Assembly (NCBI GenBank): GCA_044892525.1
Contig: CM097885.1
Coordinates: forward strand, 140,058,001-140,122,000
DNA length: 64,000 nt
Source: Schmidtea polychroa
Taxonomy: Eukaryota
Reading direction: 5' to 3'
Positions 29,801-46,976 of this stretch are shown here, piece by piece. Position numbers and translations under genes: made by a program. The notes under the pieces were generated by a model, which was not told where the DNA came from, did not search any database, and saw only the letters and a list, made by a program, of their open reading frames with translations. The stretch's first letter is position 1; each line of letters begins with the position of its first letter.

Positions 29801-29951
29801 TGGTATGATTGCGGCTGATATGTATTTAGCATCTTTCTATGTTATCAATATTTAAATTAAATCCATATATATTTGTTTGTATATAAATATTAAGTATTAC
29901 TTCTTGACTTTTTGATCTATTAGAACTGCTTTTCCACTTCAGATTTAGCAT
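5830..29951 (-). CDS. CEP89: CEP89 (CCDC123)-like centriolar distal-appendage protein, multi-exon. Exons traced: 29951-29901, 29836-29628, 15208-14961, 14918-14803, 12133-12018, 11971-11857, 11799-11745, 6491-6388, 6340-6253, 6203-6162, 6036-5944, 5889-5830; other internal exons not resolved
   Basis: GT-AG introns with consistent phase between adjacent traced exons. PNWLMNTKYLAPLF, EIENFEKEILQVIKENERLH and QQAKLVIEENHLLLEEL match my recollection of CEP89 PWLLDMKYLSPLL, QEVVKENEELH and QAKLVLEENKLLLEQL. N-terminal KYISAAIIPSAA resembles the CEP89 N-terminus. Confidence 0.75.
6851..7937 (+). mobile_element. Internally deleted hAT (SPIN/Buster, GTF2IRD2-like) transposon with C-terminal transposase remnant at 7227-7625
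   Basis: TIRs CAGAGACGGCCAACC / GGTTGGCCTCCCCTA; 8-bp TSD TATTCAAG/TATTAAAG; peptide LQTELIDLQ...LRNLAQK...FSKMKL...QHQLR typical of the hAT dimerisation region. Confidence 0.85.
8445..8973. repeat. 529-bp palindrome (264-bp arms, 1-nt centre at 8709)
   Basis: The right arm reads as the reverse complement of the left everywhere I checked by eye. Confidence 0.93.
9411..9797. mobile_element. hAT-type MITE (387 bp)
   Basis: TIR CAGCGATGCTTT / AAAGCATCGCTG; TSD CATATAAT/CATATCAT (7/8). Confidence 0.88.
10184..10379. mobile_element. Tiny Tigger/pogo-type MITE with a duplicated right end
   Basis: TA-CAGTAAAACTT at 10184; AAGTTTTACTG-TA ends at both 10268 and 10379. Confidence 0.7.
10653..11270. 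mobile_element. Foldback-like MITE with arrays of TATCGTAA / TTACGATA
   Basis: TA flanks; TAGTG/CGCTA ends; 14-bp inverted TACCTGTATCGTAA/TTACGATACAGGTA; repeated 8-mers in mirror orientation at the two ends. Confidence 0.7.
10940..11033 (+). mobile_element. Isolated copy of the ~95 bp TATACCCTTG...CGGATAAACT unit seen in the 1.5-4.4 kb array
   Basis: Shares GCAATACCCATAGGGGGACAGAATATTTTGYCGGATAAACT with copies near 1540, 2070, 4070 and 4305. Confidence 0.75.
13981..14380. mobile_element. hAT-type MITE (400 bp)
   Basis: TIR TAGGGCGGTAACAA / TTGTTACGGCCCTG; perfect 8-bp TSD CTTATAAT. Confidence 0.92.
15587..15665. mobile_element. 79-bp hAT/Charlie mini-element
   Basis: TIR CAGCGTTTCCCAAA / TTTGGAAAACGCTG; TSD GACTAGAA/AACTAGAA. 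Confidence 0.82.
18260..19110 (-). pseudogene. Decayed mariner transposase
   Basis: IVSMDETPVYLYVPETKLKFSEW matches the mariner IVTxDETWxYxYxPExKxQSxEW motif; N-terminal VIKFVVLRG; multiple stops and frameshifts. Ends approximate. Confidence 0.8.
21343..23259 (+). mobile_element. Full-length Tigger/pogo DNA transposon with frameshifted transposase (21582-22939)
   Basis: TA-flanked TIRs CGGGTATAACTTATTTAATTCGAT / ATCGAATTAAACAAGTTATACCCG; CENP-B HTH (NIPLNGNMIREKA...WLYGFKKR); DDE_1 motifs (FNGDETG, KAWMNS, LFFFDNCSTH, FFPPN). Confidence 0.95.
23930..24950 (+). mobile_element. Decayed Ty3/gypsy gag-protease remnant
   Basis: Gag-like ETVDE*LADIQRLA...KAFVVGLP; degenerate zinc knuckles (CWNCDKLG); many stops. 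Confidence 0.6.
25882..26790 (+). mobile_element. Internally deleted Tc1 transposon
   Basis: HTH-region TGSVSRL..SGRTRKTTARENRI; catalytic-end PQSPDLNPIENLWDY restored when the MITE below is removed; ends in (TA)n. 5' end approximate. Confidence 0.85.
26360..26641. mobile_element. hAT/Charlie MITE inserted in the Tc1 DLNPIE motif
   Basis: TIR CAGGGTTTCTTAAAC / GTTTAAGAAGCACTG; perfect 8-bp TSD CCATAGAG. Confidence 0.93.
28184..28298 (-). mobile_element. Solo 3' pseudo-LTR fragment of the Penelope-like family
   Basis: Near-identical to ~50837-50949, which lies downstream of the GIY-YIG ORF. Confidence 0.85.
28248..28286 (-). ncRNA. Minimal type-I hammerhead ribozyme motif, intact core
   Basis: CAC-CUGAUGA-U-GACAG(GAAAA)CUGUC-GAA-AUAUAU-C^GUG: stem II of 5 bp, palindromic stem III, AUC triplet (cleavage between 28251 and 28250), stem I only 3 bp. 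Confidence 0.8.
28331..28369 (+). ncRNA. Inverted copy of the hammerhead motif with core GAAA changed to UAAC (predicted inactive)
   Basis: CACCTGATGATGACAGGAAAACTGTC-TAAC-TATATCGTG. Confidence 0.75.
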
Positions 29952-30380
29952 GGCTTAAAATATATATGTATAATATTCGAAAATATATTTTTATTAAAGT
30001 GCTAAATTTTAAAAAATAATAATTATAAATATTAAATATAATTAATATAATTAAATATAATTATATAGGAATTATTTACATTATAAAGTTAATGTTGAAT
30101 TTTACTTTGTAATTACAATCATAAAATTTTAAGACTATAATCTCCAATGAGATACAATATTGAAATAATAAAACAAAGAATTTATTACAAAATGTTTTTA
30201 GAAATTTGAATTCTACAAAAGTTTTTATGAATATTAGACTGCAACTGATATTTTAACATTTTATCAAAATTTTTGGAAGAGTAAAATAAATTGCAGTTAC
30301 CAGAAGTTAATCAAGAATATTGCAATTAAATTTTGTGAGTTGTGGAAGTGTTACAAAAATTTTTATGCTGAATTCAAAAA

Positions 30381-30845
30381 TTATTTAAAATTAACAAAAT
30401 ATAAAAGTTGAAATAAGTTAAATTCGTGGGAAATATGGCTCCTGTGATGTGGTTTATTGTACAATTGAACTGTGAAATGAAATTCAATTGTCTTATTTGT
30501 CTTGGGGAAGGGTTTTTTCATTTGTATTGTGTTTGTTAGTAGTTTATGGTCTATAAGGATTTTGAAATTTTGGGCTTCCAGTAAGTTTTGGAAGTGTTTA
30601 ATGGTATCATATATTGGAAGGAGTTCCCAGTCAAAAATTGAATACTCATTGCGAAACCTTTGAAAGTCATCTGCAGAAGAAATTTTTGAATGGTAAGGAA
30701 ATTCAGTGAAGTCTAAAATGATCAAGAGAAAATGGGACTCTATACATTCTATGGTAGCCCATGAACCCAGAGGCTAGTAAGGTCATTAGCAGTTCTTGTG
30801 GTAGAGCTCACTTTTTTTTACCAACAGCCACCCACTAAATTATAG
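30381..30845 (-). mobile_element. Ty3/gypsy remnant (gag fragment joined to RNase H fragment)
   Basis: EYSIFDWELLPIYDTIKHFQNLLEAQNFKILIDHKLL matches the gypsy RNase H YSxFDRELLAIY...DHKPL motif. 30760-30840 is homologous to 35900-35980 and 40610-40680. Confidence 0.8.
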
Positions 30846-30848
30846 TTC

Positions 30849-31732
30849 TGTTGGGTTTTTAATGTAAGTCGGTACTACGGTCTGACTCCTTTGTGTTCTT
30901 TTCCAAATAAATAAATAAATAAATAACCCAACACAAAATCTTTATTGACACTGATGCAGTTACACTTTTACACTTGTATTAGTTTACTCACACTTGATAC
31001 AATCAGGTTTTTTGTGCACTTTTCAATTTGTTACCAAATCTCACGCAGGGGTAGATCTTCCGACGGGAGATATCCCTTTCTGGTACGTTCGATCTTTTTA
31101 AATGGTTTAATTTCTACTAACTTTAATATTTCCTCTTCCGCTCTCGTCAAACTTCTATTTTCTTTTCTTCGACCAACTGGCATTTTGTTTTCTTGCCAGT
31201 TGCTTTTATACTCGCTTGGTAATTGACTTTATTTTTGCCAATTATTTTTGGTTTTATTTCCCCCCGGGCTTCCTCTTGGAGGTCTAATTTAATTGAAGGG
31301 AATTTGTTCATTTTCTTTGACGGCGCTTATTACTTTTTATCCGGCTAAATTAATTGCCTTTCCAAAATTGGGTTTCTCCGGCTAAATTAATTGCCTTCCC
31401 AAAATTGGATTTATCAATTCGCTCGGGTTTCCCATTGTATCGGGTTTCCCATTAGCTCGGGTTTTCCATTAGCTCGGGTTTTCCATTAGTTAATTAATTT
31501 TTAATTAATTTTTGTTTTTTGTAATTTATTCCTTTTAGGGACCCCCCATTGATTTTATTTTATTATAGCTGAACTCGTCTCATTATTTAGCATCCGCCCA
31601 TACCAGTTTCCCCCAGAAAATATTCATTTTTTAAAATTTTGATTTTTAATTAATAATTTGTACTTTAAATTTTATTTGTGTTTTTGTCAATTTTTCCCCT
31701 CATTTTTGTGCCTCTTTTGTTGAACCCCAACA
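30849..31732 (-). mobile_element. Solo LTR, family A (884 bp)
   Basis: TGTTGGG...CCCCAACA termini; 4-bp TSD GTTC on both sides; highly similar to 51457-52355 and 57843-58741. Confidence 0.95.
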
Positions 31733-32099
31733 GTTCCAACGTTGCTTGCGACATGTGTTTAGTGGCCGATTAAAAAAATAATGCGCGATTGCATATGGGA
31801 TTACGGAAATAAGAAAAGTTTTGGTCGAATAAGAGTTTGGAAGTAAAAGATATTCCCCACATTAGAGAATTTTTATGGTTCATAGCTAAACTGGAAAATA
31901 TAGATAGATCCTGGGAAATAATCATATGATGGGAAACTGGAAATTTATAGATATAAATGAGGATGACGGGAAGCTGATAGATTTAGTGAATTTTTCGAAA
32001 ATTTGGAAGAAATAACAAGAACTCACTATTTTTTGTATCGTAAAATAAAATTATTGAATCACGAATTTCAAATTGTGTAGTGATTTGATATGTCGCATC

Positions 32100-34440
32100 A
32101 ACTGTAACAATAAATCAATTTTCTTTTGAAAAATAAAGTAATAGTTTGATCATAGAATGTTAAAACCTTTAATAAAAGCAGATAATTTATTGGAACTTTA
32201 CTGGAAAACTGGATAAAAAATAACTAAAGAGATACTTGCTAGCCTGGAAAAAAACAATATCCATCTCGAAGATTACCGTTCGCAAGGCTATTTTAATGGT
32301 GCAAATATGAAATAAATGGTGTTAAATACCGCATCTTAGAAATGAACAACTGTGCACTGTTCTCTAACTGCACTGACCATTCATAGAACCGCTTAGGAGT
32401 CAGCGCTGCAAAAATAAGTCCATACGTTGTAACGTTTTTCGGGAATATAGAAAGCTTCTAAATTTTGTTCGCTCTCAGTCCTGTGCAGTAGGAAGTACTG
32501 AAAAAACACGTACCGTTATGTCTCCAAAGTATTTCAGAAACAAGGTGGAGTGAAAGAATTCAAGCGGTGCAACCAAGTGTCAAACATTATTCAGGCAAAC
32601 TTGCTTTGTTAAATATCCTTCTCGGAGAAATGGGTACAGTTTTTACTCCTGCAGCACTGAACATAACAAAAGGTCTGAAATGTATTGACAACAAGAACAT
32701 TGCCATACAAAGTAAAAGAATATCCTTTGATTTTGAGACCGCACTTATAAAAGACTTAGTATAAGATATGGAGCACTTCCGTGACACGAGTGAAAGATTT
32801 TTTGAAGAGGCAGTGGGAATACAAACTCAATTTGGAGAAAACCGAAAAACCGCTATAGAATCTGAACAAGTTTTCAAAATTTCCGTGGTTTACCCAGTAT
32901 TGGATTATATTTTCAATGATTTAAAGGTGTTGGGTTTTAGATTACTTTAAGTCGGTTCTCTCTGACTCTTAGTGTTCTTTAAATCAAAACAATGAATGAC
33001 CCAATGTATATTGAAACAACAGGTTCACAATTTATTATCACCACTTTACAATTACTAATCAAAGTTTTATACGATTCTCCGATCGGCGTTGATGCTTTGC
33101 AAACAAATAATATTCACCTTTTATTCCTTTGGATTCTCTTGACCCACGTTTTCCTCGATTTCTGTTTGATTTGATTCCCTTTTCACCTTTCCTTATTCCT
33201 AATTCTATTTCTTCTTTTCCCTACTTTCCCTAATTCGTTTCCGCCTTGTCCTACGCTCTGATTCTTCGAACCTTAGCTGAGGCAAAATGCCGATTTTCTC
33301 TGATTTTCCTTTTCCTTATATACTCCTCGAAATCGGGATGACAAATGGTTATTGCCGAGCCAATCTTTCATTTGACATTTGCTCCTACGTATTTGCTTCG
33401 GCTGTCATCCATAATGGTCCAACGAATCCAGATAATTAATAGCCCTTCCGGTCTTCCTACGTGCGCTATCTTCTCCTTGCTCTTTTCCCATTAATCATTG
33501 TTTCAAGCTAATGGGCCCAAATCTCCCTTCTGTTTGCTTTTCTTCTTGTTTACCCAGCTCGGGTTTCCTTTATCTTTCGGGTTCTCCATTGGCTCGGGTT
33601 TCCCATTAGCTCGGGTTTTCCATTAGCCAATTAATTAATTAATTAACGTTTTCTGTTTTCCTACATTTGAATGTTTTTCCACCCTTCCTAACCATTTTCT
33701 GATAAATCCCTAATCATCATCTTGTTGACCATTAGCTAATCTATATCTGTCTCGTTTTTCCCATTCGATTTCGATGATTTTTCCATTTATTGATTTTTCT
33801 CGGATTTCCGGATTCTTGCCTTTCGTAATTGCTTTTGGCATTTTCTAATACTGTTTCCATCACACTTTCCTTTACTATTGATTCCGTGCGCGATCCCGCT
33901 TTTATTTGTCTTTTTTCATCGTTTACTTTCTATTTGAATTATTATCCTAAATTTTATTTAAATTTTAATTTTAATTTACAGACCTCAACAAAGGCAAGAT
34001 TTGAAGCAGGAGATACCATAAGCGAATTATTCTCACCCATTTTGAATTTCCACAACTTAGACAATAGTTAATTTACCACAAAAGCATCAAAGCTTGTAAA
34101 TACATATGAGATTGATTTATAAGAAGTCTTACCGCACGGAATTCTTCACATTAAGAGTATTTATAAAACAGTTTGGAGAACTGAAAGAAGTCCAATTAGA
34201 CTTCTGAACGCAATTTATGACAAAAACCTACAATGTATATTTGCTAATATCTGCCTCGCAATTAAACTGTTTTGCACAGTACCAGTTATAGTTTCTTCAG
34301 CTGAAAGATCATTCAGCAGGTTGGCAATTTCATTGAAAACATGACAAAGAAACACAACTAGTCAAGATCAAATTATTCATCTAGGAATTTTATGTATTGC
34401 AAATTATTTAGCAAAGCAAGTTGATTTTAACTGATATATA
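32100..34440 (+). pseudogene. Decayed hAT (ZMYM1/DUF4371-type) transposase, central to C-terminal part, split by solo LTR B
   Basis: GANM, SISETRWSERIQAV, VLDYIFNDLK|ARFEAG (continuous across the LTR), VPVIVSSAERSFSRL dimerisation motif. Ends approximate. Confidence 0.85.
32928..33990 (-). mobile_element. Solo LTR, family B (1063 bp)
   Basis: TGTTGGG...CCTCAACA termini; 4-bp TSD AAGG; removal rejoins the hAT reading frame. Confidence 0.92.
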
Positions 34441-34769
34441 CATACATTAGCCTTATGTGATTAAAATTGTTTACACAATAAAAAAGTAACAAAATTTATA
34501 CACCTCTAAAAAATATTATATAAAATAGAGCTCTAGGGAATTTTTTTTGTTTTGTCAAATGTTTTTTATAATAAATATTTAAAGAAATAAAACAATTTTA
34601 TTTTTTTTATAAATTTGTAAGATTTGAACCTTATGGTGGAAATTGAATATTTAATAAGAATTTTTATTATTTTATTTTTAATTAGTGTTTAAATTAATAA
34701 AAGTTTTAACAAAGCAAAATTTCAGGAAATAAACCCAGTGGATTTCAACGTCTTAAAAGACAAAACGTT

Positions 34770-35640
34770 TTGGAGGAAGAGGCAAGAAAATCAAGTCAAC
34801 TGATGAAAAGTTTTCTTAAAAAGACTAATATGAATGATAATAATAATTTTAATACAATTCAAAATGAATCAGATAATGAAATGCTTGATATTAATGAAAA
34901 CGATTCTGACATGAAAAATGAAAAAGATAGTGATATAAATAGTGTGAAAGATATTGAGATAGTCGAGTATATTGAAAGTTCAAAGTCTCAAAATATTGAT
35001 ATACCCAACGTATTAAAACATCATGATATGGGATTTATTAATTTTGATTAAATTCAGCCAAAAATCTGTCACAATGTTTTCAAAGAAATTCTATAGCGTG
35101 TTTCAGAATTATTTCAAAATTCCAATTCTGAATTTAATGTAAGTGGTGGACGATCTATGAATGCTGCATGGTTTAAGCGAATTTTAGCAAATGGAACAAA
35201 AATAAATCGAACTTGGCTTGTCTATTCTCCTCATAAAAAAGCAGCTTTTTGTTTTTGCTGTGTATTATTTTATAACTCCAATTGCAAATCGTCATTTTCA
35301 TCACCAAATGGTTTTAACAGCTGGAGACACACTGAGAGAGTTCAAGATCATGAAAATTGTGCAGTACATCGTAAGATATTTTCAATTTGGAAGGAAACTG
35401 AACGAAGGTTAAATGAATGTGTTGGAATTGATGTGAATTTAGAGCAACAAATTCAGTCAGAACGAAATCGATTGAGAGATATTAAAACGTTTTTTATCGT
35501 GCATTAAATATCTGGAATTTCAAAATTTAGGATTACGAGGGCATATTGAAACATTAAGTGATGCAAACATGCATCATAAAGGAAATATTTTGAGTCTGGT
35601 TGAATTATTGTCTCAATATCATTCAGTTTTATCATCGCAT
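34770..35640 (+). pseudogene. N-terminal part of a second hAT transposase (TTF-type zinc finger)
   Basis: RTWLVYSPHKKAAFCFCCVLF...GFNSWRH...DHENCAVH, then FRITRHIE and GNILSLVELLSQY remnants. Confidence 0.85.
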
Positions 35641-35649
35641 TTAGAGAAT

Positions 35650-35982
35650 TAGAGAATTGTCGGAAGAATCTTGGATCACCATCTTTTTTTGGGCTGCCCA
35701 GTTGATGGTGAAACAGTTTAAGAGAATGCAAGGAACAATCACATAATCTTTAAATGTCTTCTGAGTCTTCGAAATTTGTTTAGGTGAAGGTTCGAATTAC
35801 AGAGGTTTGAAGTACACGGCGACAACTAGGAAATTGGGTACATAGTGAAACAATGTTGGAGCAAGAGAAAATGAGACGCAACACCTTCCACGATTGCCTT
35901 ACAACCCAGCGACGCGTTGAATCAATAGCAGTTCTCGTTAGAGCTCACCTTTTATTGACAGTTATCCGCTAAATTAAAGTAC
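35650..35982 (-). mobile_element. Ty3/gypsy fragment, homologous to 40575-40830 and 30760-30840
   Basis: Shared AAAAGGTGAGCTCT...GAGAACTGCTA...CAACGCGTCGCTGGGT core; PKKDGDPRF peptide. Confidence 0.6.
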
Positions 35983-38941
35983 TGTTGGGTTAGAAGCCAA
36001 TCTTGAATATTTTTCTTATATCTTTTCTATATTTCTTGTTTTAATCCTACGAGTAATGAGGCAATTGAGATGGCCACACAGCATAGAAAACGCAAGTTGA
36101 AAACATAAAATAATCTAGAAACAACAAATAAAACAAAAGTAAAAAACAAAAACAAAAAGTGAGATAATTAAAACAAAAATAATAAATTATCAACCACAAG
36201 CAGTTGCACAAGAGACATTTTTTTAAAGCATAAAAATAACAAAGATCGCCGAAAAAGACACATAAAGATACTAGCTTAGGAAAAATTAAAATAAAAACAG
36301 AAAAATTTAATAGAATAAAGAAATCGACTAATCAAAACGATTAGAATTTCAGATCAAAAAATAGAAAAATAAAATCGATCTGAAACACACACACACACAC
36401 TCGATCCTGATTGGTCGAAGACATGCACAACAGAACTATATAAAGGGCCATCTCAGTAGCTGATTTACCACTTTTTGCATAAAAATCTTTACTTATCGCT
36501 AATTATTTTGGAACTTTACAAACATTCTTTATTACTCAGCAAGCATCTTTTTTTATTTTAATTCATCTTCAACTAAATTATTTCTATCATCATTTGGGGA
36601 GATATTTTCAACTACACCATTTATTCATTCAGGAATTTTTCTTTAAATTTTAGAAAAATGTTATTAGTACACTTTTTCACTCCGAGACAAGCTGACAGTT
36701 TTTGGGGAAATCAATTTTAGCTATAAATCTGTAATTTTCATTGGTTTCGTGTATCATTCACTTGTATTCATATTTTTATCACTTATTCACTTTTATTTGT
36801 AATATCATTAAAAGTTTTTGGTTCAAAGTGTTGTTCTTTCTCGGTAGGTGAGTGTAATGATAATATAAAATTTCTCGCTTAATAGCTTAGGAAACTTCTT
36901 AGGCACTTCTAGATATTGTATTCAGTGGTCATAGACGAATGGAGATACAGACATCAGAATTGCTTTTACAAGAATTATTTTTTTCTTAGGCATAGATCCT
37001 CGCCGTTAGACGGCTATTAATTTTATAGCAACTTAGCCTGTGATTTAGCACTAATTTTATGTTTTTTCTATTTTGTTTCAATCTTAAGTACCCCATAATT
37101 ATTTTGGAGTCTAATTTAGCTGCTTTCTCACTGGCCGGTTCACAAGACATGTTTACCAGCAGCAGGTTGACATCGCCGAGCGCTCTGTAAATCGTTCTCG
37201 TCGTGGTCGCCGTTAGAGGGTATTCTAGTAATATTAGGATAATTTAAAACCAAACTGTATTCACGAAGAAATATAAGAGCTACACCCAATGTAGTTTAGA
37301 ATACATTATTACAAGCTATATCCACGATTGGTTGAAATTCGAGATAGCAGTATAGACATAAGTTTGCGTAGTAATCGATAGCTCCGGTGAAACAGCTCAG
37401 CATCACTAATGGTTCCATCTAGTTGCTTTAAGACATCTCTGACATTCGCACCCTGTAAAATTTTGCTGTGACCCCCTTTGGTTGTTAACTGCACACAATT
37501 CTAGTAGAAGTCGGAAACATTTCAAGTGGAATCAGGCGATGACATTCATGTAGGAGATATGTTTGTAAGTAGGAAATCGCCAAATGAATCCCCGAGCTAG
37601 GGAGCATTAAGTACATAATTCCAGTTTGACACTTGCAAGAAGTTGCAAAGTCAATTCGGTACACAGTTGATTTCAGATTTTCAATATAATTGAAACTAGG
37701 CTGAACTTTTAATAGCTTCACTCCGAGATCGCGCCGAGTAAATTATCTTTTCCAAATGGACATAGATATGAAGATCGATATGATATTACCAATGATTTGT
37801 GCATTACCACTGAGAAGCTGCCATGCATGAAAATGTTCATCTGTATTAGAATCCATCGCGACCATATTAATTCGAAATTCATGACCAAAAACATCTGACG
37901 CGCACAAACAAAGTGCTAGGTAAAGCGAGATTGATCACTTGTATCAAGTCAGGTCACCAATACATAACTCAACAGTTTCTATACGACATACTCATGCTGG
38001 TACATTGATGTTCGGTCAATCACGACGTTAGAGTATTGTCTTTGTCCTGAGTTAGTATAATGTGAGATTATTTTGTGAACGAAGAGAAGTGGTAAATTAT
38101 TCACTGAGGTAGAAGTAGTCGAAAGTCGGAAGTAGGACAATATGGCTAGCATAAATCATATAAATCATAGGTGTAAGTCCTTCTAACGGCAGATCCGTCA
38201 GAAAAGTAAAAGGGGAGCAGTTATAATGCAGTAGCTCTCCTGCCCTTTATTTTTCATCGACAGTGTAAATCTGGAACATGATGTTCGCCATGGACGCATT
38301 GATTGCGATAATTTTAAATCATAAGGCGTTCCAACCCTGAGACCAAAGCGTACTTTAATTCGTTAAAATTTTTGCCAAAACTCCAAAAGTACCAACGTCA
38401 CTTGCAACGGGAATTTAGTGGTCCATTAAAACAATTATGCGTGTTTACAGATGGGAATGTGAAAATAAGAAAGGCAGTGATCAGATAAGAGTCTAGAAGT
38501 GAAAAATCTTCCCCACATCTAACCCACCAATGTGTACAAATTTCTTGAAAGGGAATAAAATTTGTTCTTTGCCTATGGCGCAAGTTTGGATTATCCAACC
38601 CCTGATTGAAACTATTTAGATATAAGATTTTAATAAATATTAGGAGTATAAGAACATGAAAAAATTGGTATATTGTATCATTTAATTCGTAAAATTAAAT
38701 AACAATATAAAAAAATTTCTATTAACTCTAACAATTAAAATTTGATTTTAAAAATTAATTAAATTTTATTGAAAAATGTTTTATATTTTTTATTAAAGAA
38801 AATCAAATTATTTTACAAATTTGAAATAGTACGATCTTTTTATTTAACTTTACCAGAATATTAAAATCGTTTGTTTAATTATTTCAAACATTTATTTACA
38901 GCTGGTTACTTTCAGATCAGTAAAGGAAATTAATTATAAAA

Positions 38942-44598
<5,657 letters not shown>

Positions 44599-45656
44599 TT
44601 GATTCGATTCCGAAATTGTATGGATTTGTGTTTTTGAGACCTGTGTTTAGTAAAAAATAAAAATAATAATTAACAAAAAATGAATCCGGGTCATTGAGTG
44701 ATGTTAATTTTTCAGAATACTAACGATTTGGTATTTCTTTTGTATCACTGTTTATTATTCTTTTTCAATTGGCATATTTGTTATGACTGTCGATTTGAGT
44801 TGATTGTTTGATCTTGTAATATTTGGAAATTTATTCATTTTCAGAAATAATTATGATTGCACTTGAAAACGATACAGAATCGTGAAATGTTGTTCTTCTC
44901 TAATCATGAGTTGCACATACGGTTGATATAATTGTAAATGTTTATGATAATGATGGTCATAATGATGATATTTGGGAGAAAGTAATTTTATAATGCTGTG
45001 ATCGAAATAAAAGTAAATATTAGCGATGGATTCACCTAGTTTATTGTGTTTTTCGTAGATAAATATTCTGTTTTGGATTATTTTTAATCAATACCTAAAT
45101 ATCACTTTTGGTTAGATGGCTTTAGTGTGTATTTTAATTAGCATACGCATCAATCAGTAGAAATCGATATTTCAGAAATTGAAACTGATGTAGATAAATT
45201 TTATACTCTCAAGGATATCTTAGATATTGTTAGCATTGAGATTCACGATTTCACTCATACTCATTTCAAGGCTTATGGATGTTTATGTGAAAAGTAAACT
45301 GATGACTATGCAAATGAATTCACAAACAGATATGATTAGTATTTACTTAGTAGGTTCAATATTAACTTTTTTTAAATATGGATTATTTTTAGAGAAATGT
45401 TATCATAGACATAATAATACAGTGAATCATTTATTCTTTTTACTAAATTACCTTCCTGAATTTTTGCTAATTTTTTCGAGGTAACATGTAATCTAATTGC
45501 TTACATTGGAATGATCGCAGTGGTGTACTCTAAAGAAAAAATTTGAAGGAAAGAATTTTACCAAAGGACAATATTTCTATATTCAGGATTGTATCACAAT
45601 AAAAATTAAATAAATTTCTAAATTTCTTAGACTTCATATAGTCTACATATATTTAA

Positions 45657-46976
45657 CCCTATTATTACCAGGTTGATATACTTACGTAAAACGCCACGAT
45701 GTGACTTTAAGACACATTGAAAATGCATGTAGTTATATTAATAAAATTATATTTTAATAATCCGCATAAGGAGTATTATGTTATTCACAAAAAAAATTTT
45801 TTAACGAAAATATTATATTATATAAGTATTTATATAAAAATAAAATAAAAAAGTAAATGTTTTGTAAACGACGATTTTTTCGCGAATTTACTTTAGTTTT
45901 GTTCCAATCTGGATATAAATTTTTCTAAATAATTTCTGCAGCTATTTCACATACGTCCACAAGATTATAAAACTGTGCAATCGGCCATCTTCTGGTTTTA
46001 CGTTTTACTGAAAAAGCATGACACTTTTGGTCCAACGTATCAACCCCACCTTTTGTACTATTATAATATAAGTTTACTTCAGACTTATTTTTTTTTGTGC
46101 TGTCTACTACATAATTGTGGTGCATTGTGGATAGCAAGACGACAGCACGATTATTTTTGGTACGTAACTGACTAACATCATATTCTTTGTGAAACCAAAA
46201 ATGTTACTTTCAACTTCTCTTCCTCTATTTGGAAGGAAATTTGGTGGTATACATCTTTTGTTCTTTCGTAAAGTACCTACACATGTAAGGTACTTGGATA
46301 ATAAGCAATTTGCAAGTTCGTAACTTGTAAAATAATTGTCTAATGTGATCGTTCAAATGGTTCACACAATTGTTCAACGATGGTTCTACCCAAATTTACT
46401 GCTCGATCAGCTTGTCCTTGGCTAAAGTACGGTATACCAAATAAAGGAAAACTAGTCTTGCTATCATATATCCACCAAATTTTCATTCCGTATTTATCTA
46501 GTTTGGAGGGCATATACTGTCGGAATTGAACTCTGCCTCTAAACGGCACCAACTGCTCATCGATTGTTAAATTTTCACCTGGGATATAATACTTTCTCAA
46601 ACTTTTGTTGATGAGATTCCAAATATTCCTAATTGGTGCAAATTTGTCTTGATTTCTACGTGCCGATCGAGAACAATTGGTCATCAAATAGTAAATGACG
46701 AGATAATGCTACAAATCTGTTTTTTGACATGCATGCACAATAGATTGAGCAGCCAAATAATGAATTTCAGAATTCATCATACTCATATAACCCTTGCTTT
46801 CTTACTCCTGCATCTATCAACAATCCAATATATGCAAGAATTTCTATTTGGTCGGTTTCCTGCCATTTTGCACCAAGGACAGCTCTGCCATGTAAATTCG
46901 TGAATTTAAGGAAAATATTGATAAGATTATCATTGAAAAACAACAAAAATGCAACTAGACAACAATCTATACAAAT
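45657..46976 (-). mobile_element. 5'-truncated piggyBac transposon with broken transposase
   Basis: TTAA-CCC end at 45653-45659; LTIDEQLVPFRGRVQFRQYMPSKLDKYGMKIW; YYNSTKGGVDTLDQ; RRWP. Confidence 0.93.

Noticed and set aside
35983-36620. Possible further LTR (starts TGTTGGG; reverse CCAAT and TATATAAA at 36437)
   Set aside because: No matching CA end with TSD found, and TATA-Inr spacing is non-canonical.
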